Source of the DNA: Catajapyx aquilonaris
Taxonomy: Eukaryota
Direction of reading: 5' to 3'
DNA: 49,769 nucleotides
NCBI GenBank assembly: GCA_000934665.2
Contig: KZ538749.1
Span: forward strand, 1 to 49,769
This document shows, one piece after another, positions 1-12,279 of the stretch. The first letter of the stretch is position 1, and each line of letters begins with the position of its first letter. The translations under genes were made by a program, and so were the position numbers. Under the pieces are notes generated by a model. The model was not told the DNA's origin. It saw only the letters and a program-made list of their open reading frames with translations, and ran no database searches.

Positions 1-1743
1 TGCCTCCTAGCGGAGGTCTGTGTAAAGAGAGGAGATTAAAGCGAGTGTCAGCTCAGAGCAGACGTGTTATTATTGTGTTAGCCCAATACACAACAGGGGC
101 CTTAGCAGAAAAAGCAACAAAAAAACAAAGACGATGACAATAATTGGACACCCACATTGTATTTAATTCACATGAGCATCGCCAGAGTAATGAGTTGATA
201 TAATCTGTTGTTAATGGTTGGTGTCTCCACAATAGTTATTCTCATCAGGACATTTTTAGACTTAGTTTTGGGACAGTCTGTGCGTGTGTTCGAAATCGGC
301 CCGAACATGTCTCCCATGTTTATCCGGTAGGCCATACCCTCCTCGATAAGGATTATTCCTGCCATCTGACGGGGGAAGCCACAACCAGCCAAGGACGCCA
401 ACCGACCGAACGTTCTTATTATTTCCTCCCCTCACTTTCCGAAGAGATGACGTCGCTTCTCTGCCGCTGCTGCCCTGGGGCTGCCCCTGGGGCCGCCTCT
501 GGTCCAGCCCACCACGCAGACGGAACAAGGAGCCTTCCCCTGCACACACAGGTACGCATCACCCCCTTTACCATTCCTTTAGGCCTCAAACAGGGCGTGG
601 CCCTTGCCCATATTTTGCATTTGGGAAATACGTTGGGAGGACGTCACACAAGTGGAGACTGTGCGGCAAATTAATTTAATGAAGTTTATTTGCTAACAAT
701 GGATGTAATGGAGAAGAGGGATGCTGGAATTTCACTGGTTAGTGAAAATGTAGGATTGGAATGTTTTTTTGGGGGGGGACATGATATGACTGCAGAGGGT
801 GCACCGGGGTGCACAGTGCCGGATAGGCATGGTGGGGTATTGTGTTGCGTAACGAGCCAGTGCGGCAAACAGCGCAAATCGCAGTGAAGGACGGGTGGTT
901 GTGACTTCACTGGTAGCGTGCACTCATTCAAATCAGGTTGGAGCGAGCAGGGGTAAGATGGATAAAATTGCCTTTTTCTGTTACGCCAAGAACAAGCCGG
1001 AACTCCGCCCTTAACCATGATAAAACATTGTTTATAGTCACGCGCATGATCTGTACGAGTCACTGGATCAAAATAATTTTTATAGGCAACGGATTCCTTA
1101 GAGTGAACTGCTGGGCCCATGGCCCCGCCCCCAAACAAACCTCTATATTATTGTCTCTATTGTATTATATGTATTTCGCCTGGCAACCTTACTGTGACCC
1201 ACGGTTACAGCGACCCCATTGGTTCGCCCGGGGGGGCGTGTCTGTTCACTCTAAGAAGTCCGTAGCCTTTAGAAGGCAATTTCATTGATCTTTACGTTTC
1301 TCCAACTGGTTGTGAGCGAGGGTGGACTGCCGCTGACGTGACATGGACTATTATGACTAATTCATTTGATTTGATTCATACTTTTGCCGCAGCTGCTTCT
1401 GGCGCCACCATTTTTGTCCAGATTTGTACTTTCTAAATTATTCAATTTTATTTCCATGGCCATTGTGGATGGCTAATGTTTAGAGTCATGCACTGTTCAC
1501 TAAAACTAATATTTAATTAAATCAAGGCTTGCACAATGCACGTTGCACAAATTGTGGCGATGCATTAAGGTGTGTTCGCATATACGTGACTAAACACTTG
1601 CGAGCAATTGTCAGGTTTTGCTTTTTTGCGTCTTTTACGTCACGAAGCTAGCGAATTTTTGGGAAATTTTTCAGGCATTCACGTATCCACTATGCGATAA
1701 AACTTGTTTATTATGGAGCATGCACTGTGCAGCAGTGTAGGTA

Positions 1744-2074
1744 CAGTGCTGGACAAATTAGCCGTCGCTGAATGTTTTTTTCCGGCGGCTGCGGCGGCGT
1801 TACCTGGCGACCCTGTCCGGCAGGCCAATTCAAACATCAGCCCATGGAGAGCGCTTCCATTGTTGGCACTGTTTACAAATCGAGTGAGTGACGCGGACGA
1901 CCCGGTGACGGGTCTCTTCTGCCTGCGCACTCACTCACTTGATTTGTAAACAGTGGTAACAATGGAAGCGCTCTCCATGGGCTGATGTTTGAATTGGCCC
2001 GCCGGACAGGGTTGCCAGGTAACGCCGCCGCCCCCGGAAAAAAACATTCAGCGATGGCTAATATGTCCAGCGTG
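1744..2074. mobile_element. Tc1/mariner-type MITE (long foldback)
   Basis: Starts CAGTGCTGGACAAATTAGCC and ends GGCTAATATGTCCAGCGTG; inverted arms of about 145 bp; flanked by TA on both sides (1742-1743, 2075-2076). CAGTGCTGG is the classic Tc1 terminus. Confidence 0.85.
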
Positions 2075-2724
2075 TAGGAGGGAGGACGGGGTCAGGGTCG
2101 TGTGGGCAGGGGGAGGTCTTGGGCTGAGAAAGATGGCGGAGCCCCGTGCTGCGGAGGCAGCTGGCATGGCAGTGAAAATGCTGCTGAACCGACCTCAGAA
2201 GGGCGTCCAGGTCACAGTGCACCAAGTGGGGCAATAGCTGGACATGGGGGCCGTGCAGACGGGCCGGCCTTGGCCAAATTCCAGGAAGTTGGCCTACGTT
2301 GTAAGCCGTGGCCTGGCCGTGGCTTGCCAGGTGTGAACTGTCGCGGCCGCGGCTGGGCTTGGCCCGTCTACAAGGCCCCATGGTGCAGAGGCTGGACAGG
2401 TTGGGAGTTTGCGACAAAAAATAGGCAACTTCCGAGCTTGGGCGTCCGCATTCCTAACATGGCCGAGGAAGGCCGACAAGTCCATGTGGCAGCGCTGGGT
2501 GGCTCGAACCAGCTCCAAAATTTGCTCGCTTCAAAAAAAGCTTCTATGTGGCTGCCAGAGGAGGGCGATTTTTAGTTTAGTTGCGTAAGTGACCAAAATT
2601 GGTTCGTGTCTAGGAGAAAATCGCCAATACGCGAATTCGCTGAAAGCTGAAATTCGCTCGCTTTTGATCAAACTTAAATTATGAGTATATGCTGTTTAAC
2701 TTTATCGAAATGGGCATTGTTTTG

Positions 2725-2849
2725 GGTCTGGGAATGGATTAATTCACTTAACATTATTTCATATGGGGGAAATTGATTCGGACTTTGAACAATTCGGAGT
2801 TCAAACTACCTTGTCGAATGAATGAAGTTTGAGGTACGAGACACCACTG
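2725..2849 (+). mobile_element. Tigger/pogo-like DNA transposon right end (fragment)
   Basis: GGAATGGATTAATTCAC...CATTATTTCATATGGGGGAAATTG...GAGACACCACTG followed by TA resembles the conserved Tigger 3' end; left end not found. Confidence 0.6.
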
Positions 2850-3863
2850 TACGCAATAGACCTAATAGCTAATTATCATTATACTGTAATCAGTAAGTAT
2901 CATTTGTTCGAACAGACTTGTTCTGGTCATGTGATATTTAAAAGAATTTGTCAGGTTTTATACAAAAGCACCTAGGTGAAAAATATTGCAAGTTGCGAAA
3001 TGCTGGCCATGTGTCGTTATGTGTAGCAGATCATGGTAGCTGAATTTTAATTTATTGTTCTTGACAACTTCAAAAAATAATGTCCCTTCTTGTTTAATTT
3101 AGAAAAACCAATGGGTAAATAATTTAATTAGTTTTTGTACATGGAAATATCGACATTTAAGGCAGCTGTCGACATAGGTGAAAAAAATGACACTGCTAAT
3201 GGGCTGTCTTATGATAACATGCGTCATTGCACATTGATATTTTCCTGAATTAGTGTTAAGAGGTAATCCAACGAGATATTTTATTATTACCTAATTTTTT
3301 TATTTTAAGCAATATACTCTTGCACTCAGAATTGTTCAGACAAATCGTAGAGTGATTAATGGTATGTCAATTAAATTTTTAACTGTCGTGAATGAGTATG
3401 TGACAATTTTTGGAAGATCCAGGCATAAATATTACCAATACCTAACTGTAAACAAACTTTACAAAATATACATTAATAGAGCCTATGATAATACAATTAT
3501 GTGAAATTTAATGATAATTGAAAATTCAGGACATTATGCCTATAATGTCTATTAGGTGTACGGTTGTACATAAACGGATCATTTAACTATGACTAATCAG
3601 TCTGAAATAAATAGTGTTGGTCGTATTTGCACTTTATCAGCCCAGTCCAGTTGATATAGCTTATCATTCTCAACATGTCAATATGTGCCCAATTGCCCAA
3701 TACTTCCTTCAGATAACAGTCATTTTTATCTAATGTGTTTCAAACATGACGAACATGTTTGCGATGTTAAGATTTTATGTGTTCAATGGAAGTTGAATTT
3801 TTAAAGTGTTGTGTTAATACATTAGAAAAATTTAGAACACTCAATGAGATGGTCATTTTCAAG

Positions 3864-4844
3864 CGGGGTTGTGAACCGAATGGAACCCTTGCTCAGTGAA
3901 CCCAATAACATCGGGGCTGCTCCGGAGCGAGCATCGGAGCTTGGTTCGGGTTCAAGCGGGTTCAGGAGCAGAGTGGAGCCAAGGTCGGAGCGGGTCCGGA
4001 GTTTGGTTGGAAGCTTGCCAGCTTGCTCCGGAGTTTGGTTCGGGCCAGCGGCTCCGGAGCTGAACCCGTTCAGAGCTTGGTTATGTCATACATACCAACG
4101 CAACTGGTGGAAAGGCAGAAAAACCGCTGGATTTACTCCAACGTATGCGTCATGGCAGAATGACATTTCCCAGCACCCGCGATACAGGGTGTACCGCAAA
4201 TGGCACATTTTTGTCGTACGCATTTTTGTGTTTTAGAATAATTGTCATATCCATTTTTTGGATGTCACATTTTCATGTCATACGCATTTTTGGATGTTAC
4301 AATATGATATTGTAACATTAAAAATGTATATGACATAAAATGTCACATACAACAAATGCATATGATCATTAGCTATTGGTATGACATGAAAATGTGACAT
4401 CCAAAAAATTGGTATGACATATTGTGACATACAACAAATGGGTATTACATAATTATTGTAACTTACAAAAATGCGTATGACATCAAAATGTGACATTTGC
4501 GGTACACCCTGTATCGCTGGTGCTGGGAAATGTCATTCTACCAGCATGAAAGCATGATGCATACGTTGGAGTAAATCCAGTGGTTTTTCTGCCTTTGGTA
4601 TGTATGACCTAAGCGCGCTCCGAACCCGCTCCGGAACCGTTGGCCCGAACCAAACTCCGGAGCAAGCTGGCAAGCTCCCAACCAAACTCCGGACCCGCTC
4701 TGACCATGGCTCCACTCGGCTCCTGAACCCGCTCGAACCTGAACCAAGCTCCCATGCTCGCTCTGGACAGGGCTTTACTGCTCCGGAGCGGCTCCAATGT
4801 TATTGAGTTCATGGAGCAAAGGTTCGGTTTGGTTCACAACCCTG
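3864..4844. mobile_element. hAT-type non-autonomous foldback element (MITE)
   Basis: Termini CGGGGTTGTGAACC / GGTTCACAACCCTG, inverted arms of about 320 bp, exact 8-bp TSD TTTTCAAG at 3856-3863 and 4845-4852. Confidence 0.9.
4185..4511. mobile_element. Mariner-type MITE nested in the hAT MITE
   Basis: TA-CAGGGTGTACCGCAAATG ... CATTTGCGGTACACCCTG-TA; internal short repeats (ATGACAT/ATGTCAT with AAAAATG). Confidence 0.75.
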
Positions 4845-5344
4845 TTTTCAAGAATAATAGACTAATGTTGAATACTGTACATGAACTTTTTTTTTAGCAT
4901 TTTGCAAATCAACTGCACAATTTTAGCCCTAGATATTTTTGGACAAGAACCTAAGGAACACCATTGGAAAATAACGTGACAGTGACTCACTGCTTTTGTT
5001 TTTTTTTTCTTCTTTTTTTTTGTGTGTTTTTTTTTTGTTTTTTGCAAAATAAGGTCTGGGATAACCATAATGAGCAGCCATAATGTTAGAAGAACTTTTG
5101 AGACCTCAAAGGTTACCTCCCATGCCGATTCCATGCCGCCGCTCCTCCCCTCCCCCTTCCCCCTGCCCCCGCGAAGATTTTTTTTGTTGTTTTGTTTGTT
5201 TGTTTGTTTTTTTTGAAGAAAAATGTCCGTTTAGATTGCTAATCAATCTGCCGAGGGGTGCCCGGCATAAAGATTTTGTATTTTAACTGATTCTTTGCGA
5301 GTGTCCATGTACAAAATAACAGCAGCCATAATTTTACTTTTAAC

Positions 5345-5625
5345 ACTGAAGCAGGTTGGCATAGTGGATAAGGCGTCCGACTGCTAATCGGGAGGTCCTG
5401 GGTTCGAATCCCGGGGCCGGCAACTCTGACCGTGGATTTCTGTGGCTTCCCACGGTCCCTCCAGGAAAATTCCAGAGTTGCTTCCGTAATTAATAGGCCA
5501 CAGCCGCTTCCTTCCGTCCCTATCCTATCCCAAAGAGCACAATAAAATGAAAGCAAAGAGTTGCAGGCAAAGCAAACTTCCCCCCTAAAGAGCCGATGGC
5601 TGATAACGGGGTATGAATTATTATT
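5345..5625 (+). mobile_element. tRNA-derived SINE
   Basis: A box TGGCATAGTGG, anticodon-like loop CTGCTAA, B box GGTTCGAATCC; body TCCCTCCAGG..GGCCACAGCCGCTTCCTTCC resembles insect SINE cores; (ATT)n tail; TSD ATTTTACTTTTAAC at 5331-5344 and 5626-5639. Confidence 0.9.
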
Positions 5626-5638
5626 ATTTTACTTTTAA

Positions 5639-6504
5639 CCCTGTACTGCGCCTTGTGGATTGAGGGCAACAATTAACTTGCGCAGGCCCCATAAGCATCA
5701 ACGTTGGTCTGGAAACCAGTGTGGCTTGATGTCACAGTTAGTTTGTTAGCTTCCGCTGGATGACGGCCAATGTCGACAAATGATATGGACAGGATATGGC
5801 ATGAAGTGGAGAGAACCAAGGTCATAGAAAATGGCACGAAATTTGAATTTTCTGAAGCAGCGATTGTTTCTGGAGCTGATTATATATAGGTGCAGATATT
5901 AAATATCCTATTACATGTGTAAACGCCAAAGAGTAGTCCTCTTGTCACCATTTGCAGCCATTCTTATTTTGCCGGCACAATTTCATGACAATCTTTTGGT
6001 GGCGCAGGCACAATATTGCTGGAGGTTTGAGTCCTGAGTCATTGTGTGTGTTTTTATTCAAAAACTGTGAGATGTACAGATATAGTATTACTGCTCGGGG
6101 ATTACAATGTGGACTGGAATATAGATGGCTCCGAGATCTCAAGGGGAGCCAGTAAACAAATGGGGATCGTGACCCCCCACCCCGAGCTGCATGCGACGGT
6201 GGAATGGTGGGGGTTATGATTGCCTTTATTTTTCTGGTCCCCCTTGCGATATGGATGCCATCTATTTATCAGATGAAATTGTAATCCCCGGACCTTCAAA
6301 ACTTAGCAAAGGTCATCTCGGTATGTGTTACCGTTTTTGATAAACAAATACTCACCATGACTTTTGACTCAGTCCATGTAACTTCAAAGTCATTGGGTCA
6401 GAGATGACCAAAACATATTATAAACCATCCTTACGTCGCCTATGACGAGAAAAAGGCGTTAGAATTATTTTCTTCCCAAAATCCGAAATATGTGCAGTAC
6501 AGGG
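5639..6504. mobile_element. Non-autonomous piggyBac element
   Basis: TTAA-CCCTGTACTGCGC ... GTGCAGTACAGGG-TTAA: 13-bp TIR with one mismatch and TTAA TSDs (5635-5638, 6505-6508); no transposase ORF. Confidence 0.85.
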
Positions 6505-8899
6505 TTAAAATGCAAGGACAGGTATCACGATCTGTCCATCAGTCCAGTGCTTAGAGTTTTACTCTTATTCCTGTGGTGCTTTAGTGTTGCATCTGACTCA
6601 GTGATGACTGCATTAAAAAGTGTTTGTAATAAAAAAATTATAAGCATATTTTTATGGATAAAGGTATGGTGACACAGCTTGAGAAAAACCATCACGTTAA
6701 ATACCAAGCGTCTGTTCAACCTCATCTTATAACAGCATCCCTCTCGACATGTGAAAACGTGGTACAATGTGCACACATTTGAAATAGTGAAAATGAGTTA
6801 ACTCTGAAGTTGAGCATTTGTTAAAGACATTGTTTTCATCCTCAGGTGCCCGGACAATCATCGCCTTATGCAGCCCTTAATCCTGAGGCAGAAGTCCTGC
6901 GAGCAATTGAGACTCTCCCCTGTCCATGGTAGTGAGGTGGCCAAGGACCACTCTGTTCCGGAATGGCAAGGACAAGCAGCACCTCAGCGTTTGGTGATGG
7001 GTGATCATGGACATCGCTGAAATGGCCGACTTCTTTCTGACCCCACAGTAAAATGAACTTACCAGGGGAGGCTGTGACAAAGGAAGAGAGCCGGAATTCC
7101 AATCATTCCCAATTTTTCTGAAAAATTCTGCCGGGGGGGAGAGACAAATGGAGACCAGTCTTTCCTCTCTATTATCTTCATTTCTGTCCCATCTATGCGT
7201 TTACTAATAGCCACAGTTGCTATGGTTCCTACCGACTCAAACAAACGAACAACATGCTTGCCCTATTCAATATAGTCGCATTTGCTTGGAAAAGGGATTT
7301 GAAAAAAAAAAAAAAAAGCACACAAGTTTCATGGAGCAACATGCCAACCTTGCCCTGTGAATCATATGTGACTTGATGGACAAAGTCAAAGTTCCTGCCC
7401 TTGACTTGTATGGAAGGACCTGATGGACGACATGAGGAGGAGGCCTGTGGGAGGGAGGGAAGGGAAGGGCTTCAATCCCCTAACCATCAAGAGATCCCTT
7501 GCGGGGTACTGGCGGGGACGACGTGAGGGTAGCAGTTGGGAAGAAGACCCATGGGCCTGGTTGCCACCATCATTTGAGATGACTAGACGTACTCATTCCC
7601 ACCTGTGAGAGGATACAAAATGCTCGAAGAACAAGTCTGCGGTGTCTGCGGGTTTCCTCTGGCAATGTGCGAATATAATTTTCTCAAGGGACTTGATAGA
7701 ATAATACCAGATGGCAGAGAACATTAATTAAACACTCAAGCTGTACTCATATGAGGCTTGCCACAGCAAAAAGGCCCATGTACCAGTAATCGTTATTTTT
7801 GCAGGGGAATAGTTTTTTACTTCTGTCGAAATGTACAACTTTTAACCCTTTTGTCTCCCGCTCGATGTTGCACTCTTCAGGTGGGGGTTTAAAAAGAGCG
7901 CCCTAGGTGAAAATCACTGGATCTGGCACCATTGGTTTCACTCCCGATTCATGCACAAGAGGGGGCTGAACATTGCGAGACATACCAACCTACGGTGCAT
8001 ATCGGGAGAGGGCATCAACAGCCTCATAATATTATTATACTATGCACAAGATGGTGACGTCATCTACACGGTTTTTCATAGGCGGCTTCTACCCATCGAA
8101 AATATCCAAGAAAATTCTACATGGTTGCCCGGTCTCTCTGATGAATTATGAAGTCATTAGTGTCCAGCTAAAAAATTTTTAAAGGTCCACTTTAAAAGGA
8201 AGTAATGTGATCCTCCAGGTGCAAAGAAAAGCAGGCTCAGGTTGCGAGCCGGCAACACGCAGTGCTCTGAGCAGTCCGCCTGACCAATTAGGAGCGCGGA
8301 CACTCTCGCCGACCAACATGGTGCTGGGTTTTTTTTGCCTACCGATCACTGATCGTTCTGATTTTTTCCCCGGCGAAATGTATGTTGTAGAATTTTGGGA
8401 TTTTTAAAATGGTTTTCAGATGCACTTGCACATACTGGGAAATATGTGGCAGGGAGATGTGTGCATTTAAATTCATCCAGTAACTGTTTGTTGCAGGTTT
8501 TTTGAAGTGAATGAGGCCATTGGCTTATGACGTCGTGCTATTAAAAATATCACGTGAGTGGCGTAAATACTCATGAACGTTTCTTAAGGCTATGGTGAGA
8601 GAAATTTCTATCGTGGTTATACCAATGAATTTTAAAATATGATTTTGTTTGGTTGTATTATAATACAATCAAATCGGGTGCGGGACCAAAGGGTCCAGGA
8701 ATGACGTCTTTTATTGACGGATACAACGTCAATGCAGCGTTCAAGTCCACAAAGTTTTCCACTGCGTGGAGATTCTTTGGTGGCTTCAGGTGGCACCAGA
8801 GGGAACCCACTTGACCCCGTACATTCCTAATCTGATTTTGGGTTAAATGGATCATTATTGTTGTAGTTGTCTGTGATGCTCTTGCACCTGGTGTACAAT

Positions 8900-9345
8900 T
8901 AAGGTCCCCTTTCAAGGAGGCATCTTTCCTCCTCTTTGGAATGACAATATCACTGTTATTGGCCATGACCTCCATCTTTACATCAAGTCGGTGGATGCGC
9001 TGGAGAAGTCCCTTGACGCTGAAGTTCACTTTCGTTGAAAAAATACTGGTCATCCTTCTCATAGTACGAAACAATAATTCACATTGTTGTGAATCAAACC
9101 ATGGTGGATGCAACTTTTCCAAAACCTTGGGCACAAAGAGTACTCACACTAAAATTAGGCTGGGGGCATTTATTTCAGTTCCAAAATATGCATTTGTGGA
9201 AATGAAGTTTTTTGATGTGGTGCAATGTGACTCAGACTGGGAGAAGCTCGCCCAAGATATCAGTATAAAAACTGCTGTCCAGATTAATTCGATTCTTTGT
9301 AAGGCCGAGGTAGGTTTTCCACTGAAGGAATCCAGTATGTAGTAT
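8900..9345 (-). pseudogene. P-element-related transposase fragment (C-terminal catalytic region)
   Basis: RIELIWTAVFIL..W...NFISTNAYFGTEINA, then after a stop PPWFDSQQCELLFRTMRRMTSIFSTKVNFS, matching the SQxxExxFxxxR motif of P-like transposases. Confidence 0.65.
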
Positions 9346-9529
9346 TCAACTTCCAATCACTCGCATCTAGTGACCATATTCCTACCTGAACCTGGCATGT
9401 ATACAGATTTGAAGTCCACTGATCCTGGTAACCCCCTATCAGTTTCATCCAGGGTTGCTGTAGGATTGGGCTTGTGGCTCCAATCTTACCACTGCAATTC
9501 GACAGATGTGTAATATACACATTTTCTAT

Positions 9530-9850
9530 TGGTGGGCTAATGCAAACGTACAGATCTTCTGGTTTTATTTGCAGAATGCTGCAGGGAGTCATATTCTCCC
9601 AATCTAATGCATGCTCTTTCACTCCCCTGTCCTGTAGAAATCTGACCACATGGGAGTGACCACAGGAAGCAGACCTGTGGGTCATAATCCCCCCTATCCA
9701 CTGCATTCACCACCACTCCCCTGTCCAGGAGGAAGCTGACCACATGGGAGTGACTACGATCAGCAGCCAAATGGATCCCACTCCACCCAGTCCTCGGATC
9801 AACCGTGCCATCCACGTCTACTCCCTTCCTGTCCACACTGTCTTTAGGTA
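9530..9850 (-). pseudogene. Ankyrin-repeat fragment, copy 1
   Basis: GVDVDGTVDPRTGWSGIHLAADRSHSHVVSFLLDRGVVVNAVD, frameshifted into GHSHVVRFLQDRGVKEHALDWENMTP. Confidence 0.85.
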
Positions 9851-10501
9851 CGCAGTGCACAATCCCACTGTTTCCCACTCCATCCCAACCCACATATTAC
9901 AGACACAGAACGTTAACATTGGACACAAATCCATTCTTGTGTGCTTGAAATATAGTTTGGATGTGCAAATGAAATGTGAGAGTTAGGATGTCGTCGAAGG
10001 TTTATGGGGGTGTAGTGTACACTCTGTGAAGATGAATGGGCTTCAAACTGATGATATGAAGTGTCTAGTGTGTGTTCCACACTTACCCATAATATTGTAT
10101 AATGCGCTCTTATTACTAGTGCTAATCGTAACGAGGCTATCCTGCAATAACCACATTCTCAACTTAGGCTTGTGGCTCAATAATCAGGAAATGTTAGTTC
10201 ACCTTAAACTTCAAAGTTAATCCCAAGAACATTTTCTGTTGTACTGAGGTCAAATAAGTATGCTGGCGGGAATGTGTCACGTGACGTGGTCTTTATTTAC
10301 TTGGAGTCCACCGTTCGTTTTCTTATTAATATTCAGAACTATTGTCTCAGGCTCCAGCCGTTGAACTCTACAAGCTTGTCGGCAGAATTAAGTTGGAATC
10401 TGGCCAGTTCCTCCACACATTTGGCTCCTACTTCAGTGTTTGACATCACAGTGTTGTGAATGTTCAACATTTTGGGTATAGTTGAATTCATGTCTGCCCC
10501 C

Positions 10502-10720
10502 TTACCCAAAGGAGGAAGTTGGACTTGTGGCCATTGAATGCAGCATGATCATATCCCCCCGATCCACTGCATCCACTTCCACTACCCTGTCCAGGAGGAA
10601 GCTAACAAGATGGGACTGACCATGATCGGCTGCTACGTGAAGCTCACTCCATGTAGTCCTCGGATCTACCGTGTCATCCACGTCCACTCCCTTCCTGTCA
10701 ACATTGTCCTCTACATTGGA
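10502..10720 (-). pseudogene. Ankyrin-repeat fragment, copy 2
   Basis: VDVDDTVDPRTTWSELHVAADHGQSHLVSFLLDRVVEVDAVD; DNA paralog of copy 1. Confidence 0.85.
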
Positions 10721-10799
10721 CAGAGATCCATACTTGCATGCATTGCAATATGTCTAGGAGTCCAAATGATATTGGAGGGTTAGAATATCACTGAAACTG

Positions 10800-11010
10800 T
10801 GTGTGGGTGTATTCCATGATTGTATCCCCCATGTTCACTGCATCCACCTCCAGTCCCATGTCCAGGAGGAAGCTAACCACATGGGAGTGACCATGATTGG
10901 CTGCTACATGAAGCTCACTCCATCCAGCTCTCGGATCTACCGTGCCACCCACGTCCACTCCCTTCCTGTCAGCACTGTCCTTCTCACAGGACAGATGACC
11001 TTCATGCAGG
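10800..11010 (-). pseudogene. Ankyrin-repeat fragment, copy 3
   Basis: GVDVGGTVDPRAGWSELHVAANHGHSHVVSFLLDMGLEVDAVN. Confidence 0.85.
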
Positions 11011-11399
11011 CATTGAAATATTTTCATATTGGATTATTGATATACTTTATACTCATTACCAATATGTAATGGCATTGCACTTCTTTCATTCACTTTTTGT
11101 GAGTTCATAAACTTTCCTGTACTCTGTAAAAACCAACACTGAAGCCATGATTTTTTTAAAAAAAAACTAGTGCTACTATTTGCAGGGGAGCAAGTTCACT
11201 AAACTTCTAGCCCAAATACTGACTAGTAGTTTGAGGTCCAAATGAAATGGATGGATAAGAATATCGACTAATATGTGTCTTACTGTATTACGAATAGGGC
11301 CCTACTTGGCCATACTCGAGTACCTTTGGGCGTTTGCATATGAAGAGCCTTTTCTTGAGCACGGACTGCTGTTACAAGCTCGCCTCCTGTGTATAAGTT

Positions 11400-11580
11400 G
11401 GCCAGTTCTTGAAGAAACGTGAAGATGTTACCATTAAGGCCTGGTGTATGGTCGGATCAAATTATCTCCTGCGATACCAGCCCACATGCTCATACCAAAC
11501 CTTGACTAATGTCCATGATGGCAGACCTAATACTATTTTCAGTGTGACTTTTGACCGTGGGTTCCACTTACCCCAGTGTA
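11400..11580 (-). pseudogene. Tc1/mariner-superfamily transposase fragment
   Basis: HGH*SRFGMSMWAGIAGDNLIRPY, then frameshift to LNGNIFTFLQEL; resembles the 'RFSVNVWAGI..D.LIGPY...LNG..Y..FL' block. Confidence 0.55.
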
Positions 11581-11984
11581 CCTTACATCTAGTGCTTAAT
11601 TAAAATGATTTTCCGCTTTAGTTGTCAAGGTAGATGGCATGCTTCCGGAAGGAAGTTGAAGGTCCAGATTAAGTATATTTGGCCAGCATGAAAGTACTCC
11701 ATATTCATCAATGTTAATAACTGGTAGCAAAGTTGAGAATGTCTTTCCGCCTGTTACACTGGAATGGCAGTAAGAGCCGTTTGTTAATGTATACCTGATT
11801 TTGACCCGTTGGTAGACGGCTCCTCGTCACCTCTGGGGGCTTTTATTTAAGGTTGAAATATGCGACAAGCATGCAGCTGAAGTCGTGCCCACAATTAATT
11901 AATTACTATCTAGATTCTAGATCAACCATGAAATGCACAGCTATTTAGAAATTATTGTACAACCCCATATGATAACGTGGTCTA

Positions 11985-12275
11985 TCAGTGGGCTAATGCA
12001 AACGTACAGATCTTCTGGTTTTATTTGCAGAATGCTGCAGGGAGTCATATTCTCCCAATCTAATGCATGCCCTTTCACTCCCCTGTCCTGTAGAAATCTG
12101 ACCACATGGGAGTGACCACGGGAAGCAGATCTGTTGGTTATAATCCCCCCTATCCACTGCCTTCACCTCCCCTGTCCTGTCCAGGAGGAAGCTGACCGCA
12201 TAGGAGTGACTATGATCAGCAGCCAAATGGATCCCACTCCACCCAGTCCTCCGATCAACCGTGCCAACCACGTCT
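11985..12275 (-). pseudogene. Ankyrin-repeat fragment, copy 4
   Basis: Near-identical DNA to about 9530-9815; GWSGIHLAADHSHSYAVSFLLDR with the same frameshift. Confidence 0.85.
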
Positions 12276-12279
12276 GACG

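Noticed and set aside
3844..4812. Paired similar ORFs (SERVRSLVGSLPACSGVWFGP)
   Set aside because: Artefact of the inverted repeat arms.
4990..5220. Lys-rich or Phe-rich ORFs
   Set aside because: Poly-T/poly-A low-complexity sequence.
5351..5420. Functional tRNA-Ser(GCT) gene
   Set aside because: No proper acceptor stem, long variable arm or poly-T terminator; followed by SINE body, ATT tail and TSD.
7841..7860. piggyBac left end TTAACCCTTTTG
   Set aside because: No matching right TIR found.
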